Origin: Candidatus Bathyarchaeia archaeon
GTDB lineage: Archaea > Thermoproteota > Bathyarchaeia > Bathyarchaeales > DTEX01
Length of the DNA stretch: 64,000 nt
NCBI GenBank assembly: GCA_038868075.1
Contig: JAWBXB010000003.1
Span: 47,156-111,155, forward strand
Direction: 5' to 3'
Each line of letters starts with the position of its first letter. The first letter of the stretch is position 1. A program made the position numbers and the translations under genes. Positions 1 to 8,342 of the stretch are shown piece after piece. The notes under the pieces were generated by a model, which saw only the letters and a program-made list of their open reading frames with translations, did no database searches and was not told the DNA's origin.

Positions 1-503
1 ACATCTATGCTTGAATTGATCAATCAACTCCCAAATATCAGGGAATTTAACCATAATTTATCCCTTCAAGATAAATCGACAAATTATCTATATAATTGAT
101 ATGCATTTTCTTTAAAAAATTGCTTAGATAAAAAATTAGATTTTTTTGTCGATAAAAATATATAAGAGCCTAATAAATTAAGAAAACAAAAAATAAAGTA
201 AAGTTTTTAAGCCAAAAATACGAATATTAAAATGCCTAATATTGAATTATTCCCAATCTGTGTAGAGGGGGGTTGAATATGCCAAAGAAGAAGAAGGCTG
301 AGGAAAAGAAGAAGTAGGGCATTTCAGCCTCCCTCCAGAAAAATAACTGAATTTTTTCCTATTTCTTTTTTACAGATAGAGGAAACATACCTTAAAGGTT
401 GAATTCTTTCTGATAACTTTAAAGTTATGCCTACACTGAATATTGTAGGCAAGTTTATTACCCACCTAATCCCAAAATATCTCTTTAAAGGAGGATAGGT
501 TGT

Positions 504-2285
504 ATTAGAATAGCTGTCATTGATCTTGACAAGTGTAAGTCTACTCGATGCGATAAAGCATGCTATCGGTTTTGTCCTCAAGTTAGGAGTAGGGTTGAGG
601 CTATAAGATTTGAGAATAATAAGCCAGTTATCTCAGAAGTTCTCTGCACTGGCTGTGGAATATGTGTTAAGAAATGCCCTTTTAAGGCGATATCCATTGT
701 TAATGTTCCGGAGGAACTTAAGGGCGAATGCGTCCATCGTTTTGGCCCTAATACGTTTAAATTATTCCGTCTTCCGGTTCCTTCTCCTGGAATTGTTCTA
801 GGACTTATCGGGGAGAATGGGATTGGAAAATCCACAGCTCTAAAGATTCTTTCTGGTGAAATTAAACCGAACCTCGAGAGATATGATAATCCGCCCAGCT
901 GGCATGAGATTATACAATACTTCAGGGGATCTACTCTCCAAACATATTTTCAGAAATTAAGTAATAAAGAGCTTAAGGTTGTTCACAAACCACAGTACGT
1001 TGACAAGATACCACGCGTCATTAAAGGTAAGGTTGGAGAAATATTAGAGCGTATTGATGAGAGGGGAAAAATAAACGAGATCTCTAAGAAGCTTAACCTT
1101 AAAGTTATTTGGGATAGAAGTCTAGATGTCTTAAGCGGTGGAGAATTACAGAGAGTCGCCATAGCAGCTGCGGTCTGCCGCGAGGCTGACGTATATCTAT
1201 TTGATGAACCATCAAGTTATCTGGATATTAAGCAGAGACTAGAGGCTGCTAGAGTCATTAGGAGCTTGAAAGAGGAGAATAAGATTATTATCGTTGCTGA
1301 ACATGACTTAGCCGTGCTCGATTATCTCTCAGACCAAGTATGCGTCTTTTACGGTAAACCAGGAGTTTATGGAATAGTCTCCCATGTTCATAGCGTTAGA
1401 ACTGGAATAAACATATACTTAGATGGATTCATTCCGGATGAGAATATGCGCTTCAGAAAGGAGCCAATAATATTTCATGTGAAGCCGCCATTAACAGGCT
1501 CCTCAACCAACGTGCCAATCCTAAATTGGAGTGAAATGACCAAAACATATGAGGGCTTCACACTTAGGATTGAGGCTGGTAACGCTAAGTCCGGCGAAGT
1601 TATAGGAATACTTGGTCCCAACGGAATCGGTAAAACAACTTTTATCAAGATATTAGCTGGGATAGAGAAGCCTGATGAGGGACCTCCACCAACTGAAAAT
1701 ATTCTTAGGGTTAGTTATAAGCCACAGTATATATCAACGGATTATGATGGAACAGTTGAGGATCTTTTAAGAGCCGCTGCCAAAGAACAGTTCACATCCA
1801 GCTGGTATCAGACAGAAATCATTAATCCACTCAACTTAAGCCCACTCTTCGATAGAGTTGTTAAAGAGTTGAGCGGCGGTGAACTCCAGAAGGTTGCTAT
1901 AGCAGCCTGTTTATCCCGTAAAGCGGATCTATATCTTCTGGATGAGCCGAGCGCATATCTGGATGTTGAGGAAAGATTAGCGATGGCTAAGACTATACGT
2001 AGGATTGTTGAGGATAAAAATGCAACAGCATTCGTTGTTGAACATGATATTGTTGCAATGGATTTTATCGCTGATAGACTGATTATATTTGCTGGCGAAC
2101 CGGGAGTTCATGGAATGGCGAAATCGCCGACAAACCTACTGGATGGAATGAATATGTTCCTAAAGGAAATAAACATAACATTTAGAAGGGACCCAGACAC
2201 TAAGAGACCCAGAGTTAATAAAGAGGGCTCTAGAGTTGATGAATACCAAAAAAGGACTGGACAATATTATTACGTGAAATCATGA
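504..2285 (+). CDS. abce1: ABCE1 / RNase L inhibitor-type ribosome-recycling ATPase (Fe-S N-domain plus twin ABC cassettes)
   Basis: The frame is open from 489. Translation gives RIAVIDLDKCKSTRCDKACYRFCP...CTGCGICVKKCP, Walker A GENGIGKST and GPNGIGKTT, and two LSGGELQ signatures. The track ORF 1266..2285 is only the C-terminal part. No ATG/GTG/TTG lies in frame between the stop at 486-488 and 1266, so the start is placed at ATT 504, 9 nt after GGAGG (490-494). Confidence 0.85.
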   Translation: MRIAVIDLDKCKSTRCDKACYRFCPQVRSRVEAIRFENNKPVISEVLCTGCGICVKKCPFKAISIVNVPEELKGECVHRFGPNTFKLFRLPVPSPGIVLGLIGENGIGKSTALKILSGEIKPNLERYDNPPSWHEIIQYFRGSTLQTYFQKLSNKELKVVHKPQYVDKIPRVIKGKVGEILERIDERGKINEISKKLNLKVIWDRSLDVLSGGELQRVAIAAAVCREADVYLFDEPSSYLDIKQRLEAARVIRSLKEENKIIIVAEHDLAVLDYLSDQVCVFYGKPGVYGIVSHVHSVRTGINIYLDGFIPDENMRFRKEPIIFHVKPPLTGSSTNVPILNWSEMTKTYEGFTLRIEAGNAKSGEVIGILGPNGIGKTTFIKILAGIEKPDEGPPPTENILRVSYKPQYISTDYDGTVEDLLRAAAKEQFTSSWYQTEIINPLNLSPLFDRVVKELSGGELQKVAIAACLSRKADLYLLDEPSAYLDVEERLAMAKTIRRIVEDKNATAFVVEHDIVAMDFIADRLIIFAGEPGVHGMAKSPTNLLDGMNMFLKEINITFRRDPDTKRPRVNKEGSRVDEYQKRTGQYYYVKS

Positions 2286-2333
2286 AATAGCCTACGCTCA
2301 TATTGAACCCTTAAATAATTTTGGACATGATGA

Positions 2334-3869
2334 ATGAGTCTCTATCTTTCACTAATAACTTATAATGGCCATTTCCTTTTTGGGCAACATATATATGATT
2401 TTGATATTTGTTTATGGTTGGTGGGAGTGTCAGTGGGGTTCAGGTTTATTGATGGTCGTGCTATTTTATCTGTAGTTATGGCTCTGGTTATTTTTGCTGG
2501 TAGTTTGCTTGTTGTTGTTCTGAGTCAGTCTGTTCAGGGTGTTTATTTGGGGTTTTTTGATGAGCTTGGTTCCCCCTTATCTGGTGTTAATTTTCTTGTT
2601 CAGGTTTGGGCTGTTGATCCTGAGAGTGTTCCATCAACTGTGGATGTTTATCGTGGTTGGGTTTATGGTAATGGATTATTTATAAGTGCTGATAATCCTG
2701 CTTTTAAGAAGGTTCTGGAAGCTTGGATTAGGCTTCATCCAGGAGACTATAATTATGAGACTTTTCTAGGGGTTTTTGCATGGGCTATTGTTGATGGTAA
2801 GGTTTTGACATATCCACTCATAATTGTGAATTATAATCCTCTAATGGCTTTGAGGGGGATAATCCGCAGGGATATAACATTAAATATCCGCTCATATACA
2901 GATGATGGTGTTAAGCCGAAGTGGATTAGCGAGATAAAGAGTATTAATCCAGCAAACGGATATGGAAGATTCTGGATGCGCGATGAAAATCTATCATGGG
3001 AAACTGGAAACTACATACAAGTACCAATACTAATAGTACACAACAATGGTTCAATAAGCGGAGTTCTCTCCGCATCTATAAACATTGATATTCAGTACAG
3101 ATTTGGTTGCAGATCTACAATTGGTTATGGAGTAGAGATTAGGAAAAAATTCTTTAATGGAACAGTAAATATTCCCCTGGAGCTCAGGATAGATAGCATC
3201 ACCATAATTGGACCCTATACCTTTAGCGCCTCGGCGTTGATTCTTCCTAATGAAAAACGATATATTTGGATTGGCGCTAAGGTTGCACACATTCATTGGA
3301 GGGAGTATGAGTATCGCCCTCCACCCGAGGAGCCGCCAACGGTTCCAACAGGTAATGAGATGTTGCAGAGCTATGTTTACGCTTTCCAAGCTAACGGAGT
3401 TTATATAGCAGGTGGTGTTGGTGAGGGGGCACCGCCATATGAGGACATAATATTTGTGGGGACAAATAAAACTCAGCTCGTTATACCGGATACTGTTTTA
3501 AGCGATGGAGACCTCGATGTAGGTGAAAATATAATGCTTCAGCAAATAATTAACTGGAGTGACATATATAATGTAGATCTTGAAGTGCCCATACCAGTCG
3601 GAGCAATCGCGGCAGCCGCTCTCTCAGTGAAGATTCCGGGAATCGCAGGACCGATAATTTCAACCCTTTCTGGTATAGGAGTAACAATAGGATATGTGGA
3701 TGTGGGAAATGCGAGAGTAACCGGTAATTTATTAAATGAGGGGAAAAGGGGTAATAATGGCTACAATGTTCCTGAAATTGTATACTATAGAATAAGCAAA
3801 TATTTATATAAAGCTGGTCCAGGACGTTTCTTCAGAGTCCCAGTCGGCATATATTTCATATGCGTATAA
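2334..3869 (+). CDS. hypothetical secreted/membrane-anchored protein
   Basis: Long ORF with an N-terminal hydrophobic segment (ILSVVMALVIFAGSLLVVVL). I recognise no family. The true start is probably one of the in-frame TTG/GTG codons near 2415-2430. Confidence 0.45.
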   Translation: MSLYLSLITYNGHFLFGQHIYDFDICLWLVGVSVGFRFIDGRAILSVVMALVIFAGSLLVVVLSQSVQGVYLGFFDELGSPLSGVNFLVQVWAVDPESVPSTVDVYRGWVYGNGLFISADNPAFKKVLEAWIRLHPGDYNYETFLGVFAWAIVDGKVLTYPLIIVNYNPLMALRGIIRRDITLNIRSYTDDGVKPKWISEIKSINPANGYGRFWMRDENLSWETGNYIQVPILIVHNNGSISGVLSASINIDIQYRFGCRSTIGYGVEIRKKFFNGTVNIPLELRIDSITIIGPYTFSASALILPNEKRYIWIGAKVAHIHWREYEYRPPPEEPPTVPTGNEMLQSYVYAFQANGVYIAGGVGEGAPPYEDIIFVGTNKTQLVIPDTVLSDGDLDVGENIMLQQIINWSDIYNVDLEVPIPVGAIAAAALSVKIPGIAGPIISTLSGIGVTIGYVDVGNARVTGNLLNEGKRGNNGYNVPEIVYYRISKYLYKAGPGRFFRVPVGIYFICV

Positions 3870-3916
3870 AAATACTTTATCCAAAATTATCGCGTAAATT
3901 TCCCCTTCCAAGGCAA

Positions 3917-4429
3917 TTAAGAAGCTTTTATCCGTCCTTTCAATATATCTCCTACCACCTTCTTCTTATTTAGGGCTTCTAGGAGTACGAAGCCAAGAAT
4001 GTTGATTGATATTAAAGAGCCAATAAATAATCCAAGTAAGCTTATTTCAATCGGTATCCCTAGTAGAAGCGATAGATAACCCCCCACAATAACCGTTATG
4101 GTAATAGTTTCCGTTAAGCAACCCAAAAATCTACGCTTAACGCTATCTCCACCAATAAACCATGCTAACATACATGCCGCAAAATTTGCGATTCCTCCAA
4201 TAACAGCATCAATAAATCCATAGGGACCAAAGAAATTTGCGATAAAACAGCCCAAGCCTAATCCTAATGCCGCTGGAAAACCAAAAATTATCGAAAGAGG
4301 AAGAAACGCATCCGCAACTCTTATCTGAAATCTAGGATCAAAGCTTATAGGCGCTAAAAACGTGACGCCAATAGCATATGTGGCTGCAAAGAACGCTATT
4401 AATGCCACCTCAGTACTACTAAATTTCAA
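3917..4429 (-). CDS. queT: QueT-like (ECF S-component type) queuosine/archaeosine-precursor transporter
   Basis: Polytopic membrane protein with the motifs RVADAFLPL, GLGLGCFIANFFGPYGFIDAVIGGIANFAA. The start is moved to TTG 4429, 6 nt after AGGAGGTGG. The track's N-terminal extension MSGSPPPPVPP reads through a GC-rich hairpin. Confidence 0.6.
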   Translation of the reverse strand: MKFSSTEVALIAFFAATYAIGVTFLAPISFDPRFQIRVADAFLPLSIIFGFPAALGLGLGCFIANFFGPYGFIDAVIGGIANFAACMLAWFIGGDSVKRRFLGCLTETITITVIVGGYLSLLLGIPIEISLLGLFIGSLISINILGFVLLEALNKKKVVGDILKGRIKAS

Positions 4430-4435
4430 TATTTT

Positions 4436-4499
4436 CCACCTCCTACACCGGGGTTTATATGGCGGAACGGGTGGAGGTGGGCTCCCACTCACCCGCCAT
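4436..4499 (-). promoter_or_regulatory. structured 5' leader of queT with an anti-SD segment (candidate translational switch)
   Basis: On the minus strand, ATGGCGG...CCGCCAT arms (4499-4493 / 4465-4459) enclose GGGTG..CACCC and GTGGG..CCCAC. CCACCTCC inside the hairpin (4480-4473) is the exact complement of the SD GGAGGTGG (4443-4436). Confidence 0.4.
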
Positions 4500-4615
4500 T
4501 AAATGCTCTAAGAAAATGTTTTCTCATTAATAAAGGTTTTGAAAAGGGAAAAATTATTTATTTGTTACTGGCTTTACACTATTTTATTAGGAGATTTAGG
4601 AGTGTGATGTTTTAA

Positions 4616-4855
4616 ATGGCTGTTGCTGAGGAGAGGAAGGAGCCCTACCGTTCACATAAAGTTGTTATTAGAGGTGTTGTTGAAGGATACGAGGTTGCAT
4701 CTCTTGAAGATCTAAAGAAAGTTGAGGGATTAATTGAGGGATTACAGAATGAGATAAATGCCCTTAAAAGTCAAATAATTGAACTACAAAGAGCGCTAAA
4801 CGCTACAAATATGAGATTAGAAAGATTAGAAAACTTCCTGAGATCATTCAAGTAA
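4616..4855 (+). CDS. small coiled-coil protein, function unknown
   Basis: 79-aa ORF with a heptad-like C-terminal half (LIEGLQNEINALKSQIIELQRALNATNMRLERLENFL). An SD-like aggagtgtgat lies upstream. Confidence 0.4.
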   Translation: MAVAEERKEPYRSHKVVIRGVVEGYEVASLEDLKKVEGLIEGLQNEINALKSQIIELQRALNATNMRLERLENFLRSFK

Positions 4856-4990
4856 TAGATCAAAATGAACCCATATTCTTGAAGATCAACTTTAAAGCTA
4901 AAATTAATTAGGCTGAATGCTGAAAATCTCTGCTATTACAATCAAGGTATCCAATATTGGCTAAGTGTCAGGATTAACTTTAGAGGGAGA

Positions 4991-6049
4991 ATGATGGATC
5001 TAAACATCAATAAATTATTTTTCGCTATAGCTTTAATAGCAGCTTTTACCGCCGGAGCCCTCTTATCATACATCTGGGTCGTAGGATACTATGTTTCATT
5101 AGAGCTTAAAGCCCCTAAAAAGCCAGCAATATCAATATATGATTTTACTGTATCGGTTGAAGACCCAACATTTTTCAATATTAGCATTCTTAATCCATCA
5201 TTCTCACCTAATAGGGTAGAAATTTTAGGAATACATGTTTTAACTGGAGATAATATCGTCCATAAAATTACATCAACGGATCCAAAGATATCTTCTGAGG
5301 GCTACACTTTAGATATCGGGGCTTCAGAAACATTTAGATGCTCCTGGAATTGGACAAAATATACTGGGCAATCGATCACCATAATAGTTTTAGTTAAGGA
5401 TGGAAGCGGCGGAGCCCTTAATATAAAACTTCCATTGATAGAGATAAAAATTACTAGCCTAGAATTTAACCCAGAAGAGGGAAGCCAATTTAATGTAACC
5501 ATAGAAAATTCCAATAGGTCAGATGATGGCATTGATTTAGTTAATATTAAAATTACTGATGATAACATATCTTATAACGTTGAGACTTATCCTTCATTAC
5601 CAATAAGACTTAACCCATCTAATTCAACCACTCTTACATGCAAATGGAACTGGTTTGACCATCAAAACAAGACTATAACTTTGACTGTAGAAACACTACA
5701 GGGCTTCATAGCCGAGAAAATCTACAAAATACCATTATATGCAATTTTAATTATAGAAAATGTTGAATTTAACCCAAGTGATACCTCTCATATTAATGTT
5801 ACAATAGTGAACCCCGAGAAGTCTCTTACACAACTAAATATCACAGACATAAGATTGATACTTGAAAATGGAACAACAATTATGCTTATGGAAACCGAAC
5901 CTAAACTCCCATATATAATTGGTGTGAATAGGAGAGTAACATTTACATGCGAATGGAATTGGTCAATTTATCGTGGTAAAGAAGTAACAATCACGGTGAA
6001 TACTAAACAGGGTTATAAAACAAAAATTATCTGCAAAGTGCCGCCATAA
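4991..6049 (+). CDS. membrane-anchored extracellular protein with three ~100-aa tandem beta-sandwich-like repeats
   Basis: N-terminal TM helix (FFAIALIAAFTAGALLSYIWVV). Three repeats each end in a CxWNW motif (FRCSWNWTKYTGQSITIIV, LTCKWNWFDHQNKTITLTV, FTCEWNWSIYRGKEVTITV). Many NxS/T sequons. Confidence 0.6.
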   Translation: MMDLNINKLFFAIALIAAFTAGALLSYIWVVGYYVSLELKAPKKPAISIYDFTVSVEDPTFFNISILNPSFSPNRVEILGIHVLTGDNIVHKITSTDPKISSEGYTLDIGASETFRCSWNWTKYTGQSITIIVLVKDGSGGALNIKLPLIEIKITSLEFNPEEGSQFNVTIENSNRSDDGIDLVNIKITDDNISYNVETYPSLPIRLNPSNSTTLTCKWNWFDHQNKTITLTVETLQGFIAEKIYKIPLYAILIIENVEFNPSDTSHINVTIVNPEKSLTQLNITDIRLILENGTTIMLMETEPKLPYIIGVNRRVTFTCEWNWSIYRGKEVTITVNTKQGYKTKIICKVPP

Positions 6050-6050
6050 G

Positions 6051-6779
6051 TTATGAGGATAATTTAGATTTCAGGGAGCGCTCAATATTTAATAGGGCTT
6101 CCTCAGGATCTTCGCTAACAGTTATGTATGAGCCGATGACAGCGGCTTTCGCGCCAGCCTTCCAAACCTCAATTATTGTTTTAGGATTTATGCCACCATC
6201 AACCTTTATGAGTTTCTCCGGAAATTTCGTGGAGAAATACTTGACCCTATATGTTGCACTCGCATGATATTTCTGTCTACCTGAACCCATTGGAACTGTC
6301 ATTAATAAGATTACATCCACAATGCTGGCGACTCTATTAGTCAGTCTATCTTCAGGCGTTGGAAGGTTCAAGCTGACCCCCACCTTATAACCATAACCCC
6401 TAATAATTTCAATAGCTTTTACAGCTTCCTCTTCGGAACTAAAAGATTCAACTTGAACTACAATCGTCATATTTGCCCTATCCTCGTTTCTTACAAATTT
6501 ATTGATTTCCCGAAGAACCTGCAGCGGATTATCAACCATCAAATGTATGGTAAAGGATGTTTTATCATGAAGCTTCTCATACAATCTTTCTATAAGGTTT
6601 ATTGAGAAAGTGCTTTTATCCGGTATCATCGGCGGTCTCATAACGTCTATATGAATGCCATGTATCTTCCCAGTTTCCAAAAGTCTCATTATACTTAAAA
6701 ATGCCTTTGAACTCTCCAATTTATCTATATTTCCAGATAGCTCTGACTCATATTCCAAGATCGACAGCGATATCAACAT
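6051..6779 (-). CDS. ribulose-phosphate 3-epimerase-like TIM-barrel protein (divergent)
   Basis: Motif series SLSIL, HIDVM, IHLMV, GYKVGVSLNLPTP, VDVILLMTVPMGSGRQKY, KVDGGI, GAKAAVIGS, collinear with Rpe. The loop DVMDGxFVPN is replaced by DVMRPPMIPD. Confidence 0.55.
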   Translation of the reverse strand: MLISLSILEYESELSGNIDKLESSKAFLSIMRLLETGKIHGIHIDVMRPPMIPDKSTFSINLIERLYEKLHDKTSFTIHLMVDNPLQVLREINKFVRNEDRANMTIVVQVESFSSEEEAVKAIEIIRGYGYKVGVSLNLPTPEDRLTNRVASIVDVILLMTVPMGSGRQKYHASATYRVKYFSTKFPEKLIKVDGGINPKTIIEVWKAGAKAAVIGSYITVSEDPEEALLNIERSLKSKLSS

Positions 6780-6862
6780 TTCATATTACCAAGTTAAAAA
6801 TATTAAAGAAAGAATTTTAAAATTTAACAATTTTTTTTATTTTTTTATATGGAGATGAGAAG

Positions 6863-8208
6863 ATGCGTGGAGAGTATTTTATCGGTATTGATAATGGCAC
6901 GCAGAGCACAAAACAATAATCGTAGATGGTGAGACAGGTAAGGTTTTGGGTAAAGCGACAAAGGAGCATATGTTTATAGAGGGGTTACCTCCAGGACATA
7001 AGGAGCAGGATCCTTCCGTTTGGGTTAACGCCCTCATCGACACTATCAGGTCGGCTATAAAAAGTTCCGGTGTTAACCCCAGAGATATTAGGGCTATAGG
7101 TGTTTCAGGACAGCAACATGGATTGGTGCCTTTAGATGAGTATGGACGGGTTATTAGGCCAGCTAAGCTCTGGAATGACACTAGTACTTTTAGGGAAAGC
7201 AAGTACCTAATTAGGAAGCTTGGTGGATTAATTAGGGTTATTAGCGTTAATGAACGTTAGGACGAGAACATGGTGCAGGGAAGTTTTAGAAGCTATTGAT
7301 CCAAACCTTGAGGAGAAGCTTCCACCCTTACAGAGCTCCGATAAACCAGCTGGCTTCATCAGAAGAGAGATCGCTGAAATGTTTGGTTTTAGGGATGATG
7401 TTCTTGTCAGCGCTGGTGGAGGAGACAATATGATGGGCGCTATTGGGACTGGAAATACACGTAAGGGAATTGTAACAGCAAGCTTTGGAACCTCCGGCAC
7501 CATATATGCTTATTCGGATGCCCCGATAATCGACTATAAGGGTGAGGTGGCGGCTTTTTGTGATTCAACGAGCGCCTGGCTACCATTAGTGTGCACCATG
7601 AATGTAACTGTTTCAACCGAATTCATTAGAGACCTATTTAATGTGGCGCATGATGAGTTAACAAATATTATTGAGGAAACACCGGTAGGTTCAGAGGGAC
7701 TCCTACTTCTACCATATTTTGAGGGGAGAGGACACCTAATGTTCCGAATGGGACAGGAGTCTTCTTTGGATTAAACAGTAGGACATTTAATAGAGGGCAC
7801 TTGGCTAGAGCCGCGATGGAGGGGGCTACATTAGGCATGAATTATGGGTTAAATAGGATGAGGGAGCTTGGAATCAACCCTAAGCAGATTAGGCTTACTG
7901 GTGGCGGATCAAAAAATAGGATTTGGCGGCAGATTGCAGCCGACATATTCAACACTAAAGTTGTCTGCCTGAAAATCGATGAGGGAGCAGCGTATGGTGC
8001 AGCATTACAGGCAATATGGACATATCGCAATTATATGGGTGAAAACGTTACAATACAAGAGATAACGGATCAATATGTTGAGATAGATGAGAATACCATT
8101 ACTCTGCCTAAACCAGAGAATGTCGGAATATACAGCGAATTACAGAAACTTCAGGATAACTTAAGTAAGGTTCTTCGAGAATATTTCACGCTCACAAAGA
8201 ATTTCTAG
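6863..8208 (+). pseudogene. xylB: FGGY-family xylulokinase-like gene, disrupted (2 frameshifts plus an internal deletion)
   Basis: Pieces in three frames: MRGEYFIGIDNGTQSTKQ* (6863-6919), IIVDGETGKV...GVSGQQHGLVPLD...LWND (to 7260), LMNVRTRTW...SAGGGDNMMGAIGTG...SFGTSG...LLPYFEG (to 7774), then RTPNVPNGTGVFFGL...GGGSKNRIWRQIAADIF...GAAYGAALQA (to 8208). About 55 aa between KLGG and LMNVRTRTW are missing relative to the family. Confidence 0.8.
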
Positions 8209-8342
8209 ATAAACATGTATCTTAAACGAAACTCCGATATTTATGGAGCATAAATATATTTCATGAGAAGAAGCGATAAAGAGAAATATAAGTTTTGTTC
8301 CTTTTTAGATAATCTAAGAGACTCTTATGGATAGGGATTAAT

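Noticed and set aside
1-278. Very AT-rich A-tract region at the window start
   Set aside because: I could confirm no repeats or ORB-like boxes. It is a truncated intergenic region at the window edge and cannot be interpreted.
324-835. Track ORFs 324..581(-), 578..835(-) and 610..801(+)
   Set aside because: They overlap the ABCE1 leader and Fe-S-domain coding region in antisense or alternate frames. The ABCE1 frame carries unmistakable conserved motifs, and these ORFs have none.
4430-4492. N-terminal extension MSGSPPPPVPPYKPRCRRWKI of the queT ORF
   Set aside because: It is a read-through of a GC-rich hairpin. A perfect SD plus TTG at 4429 gives a normal QueT N-terminus.
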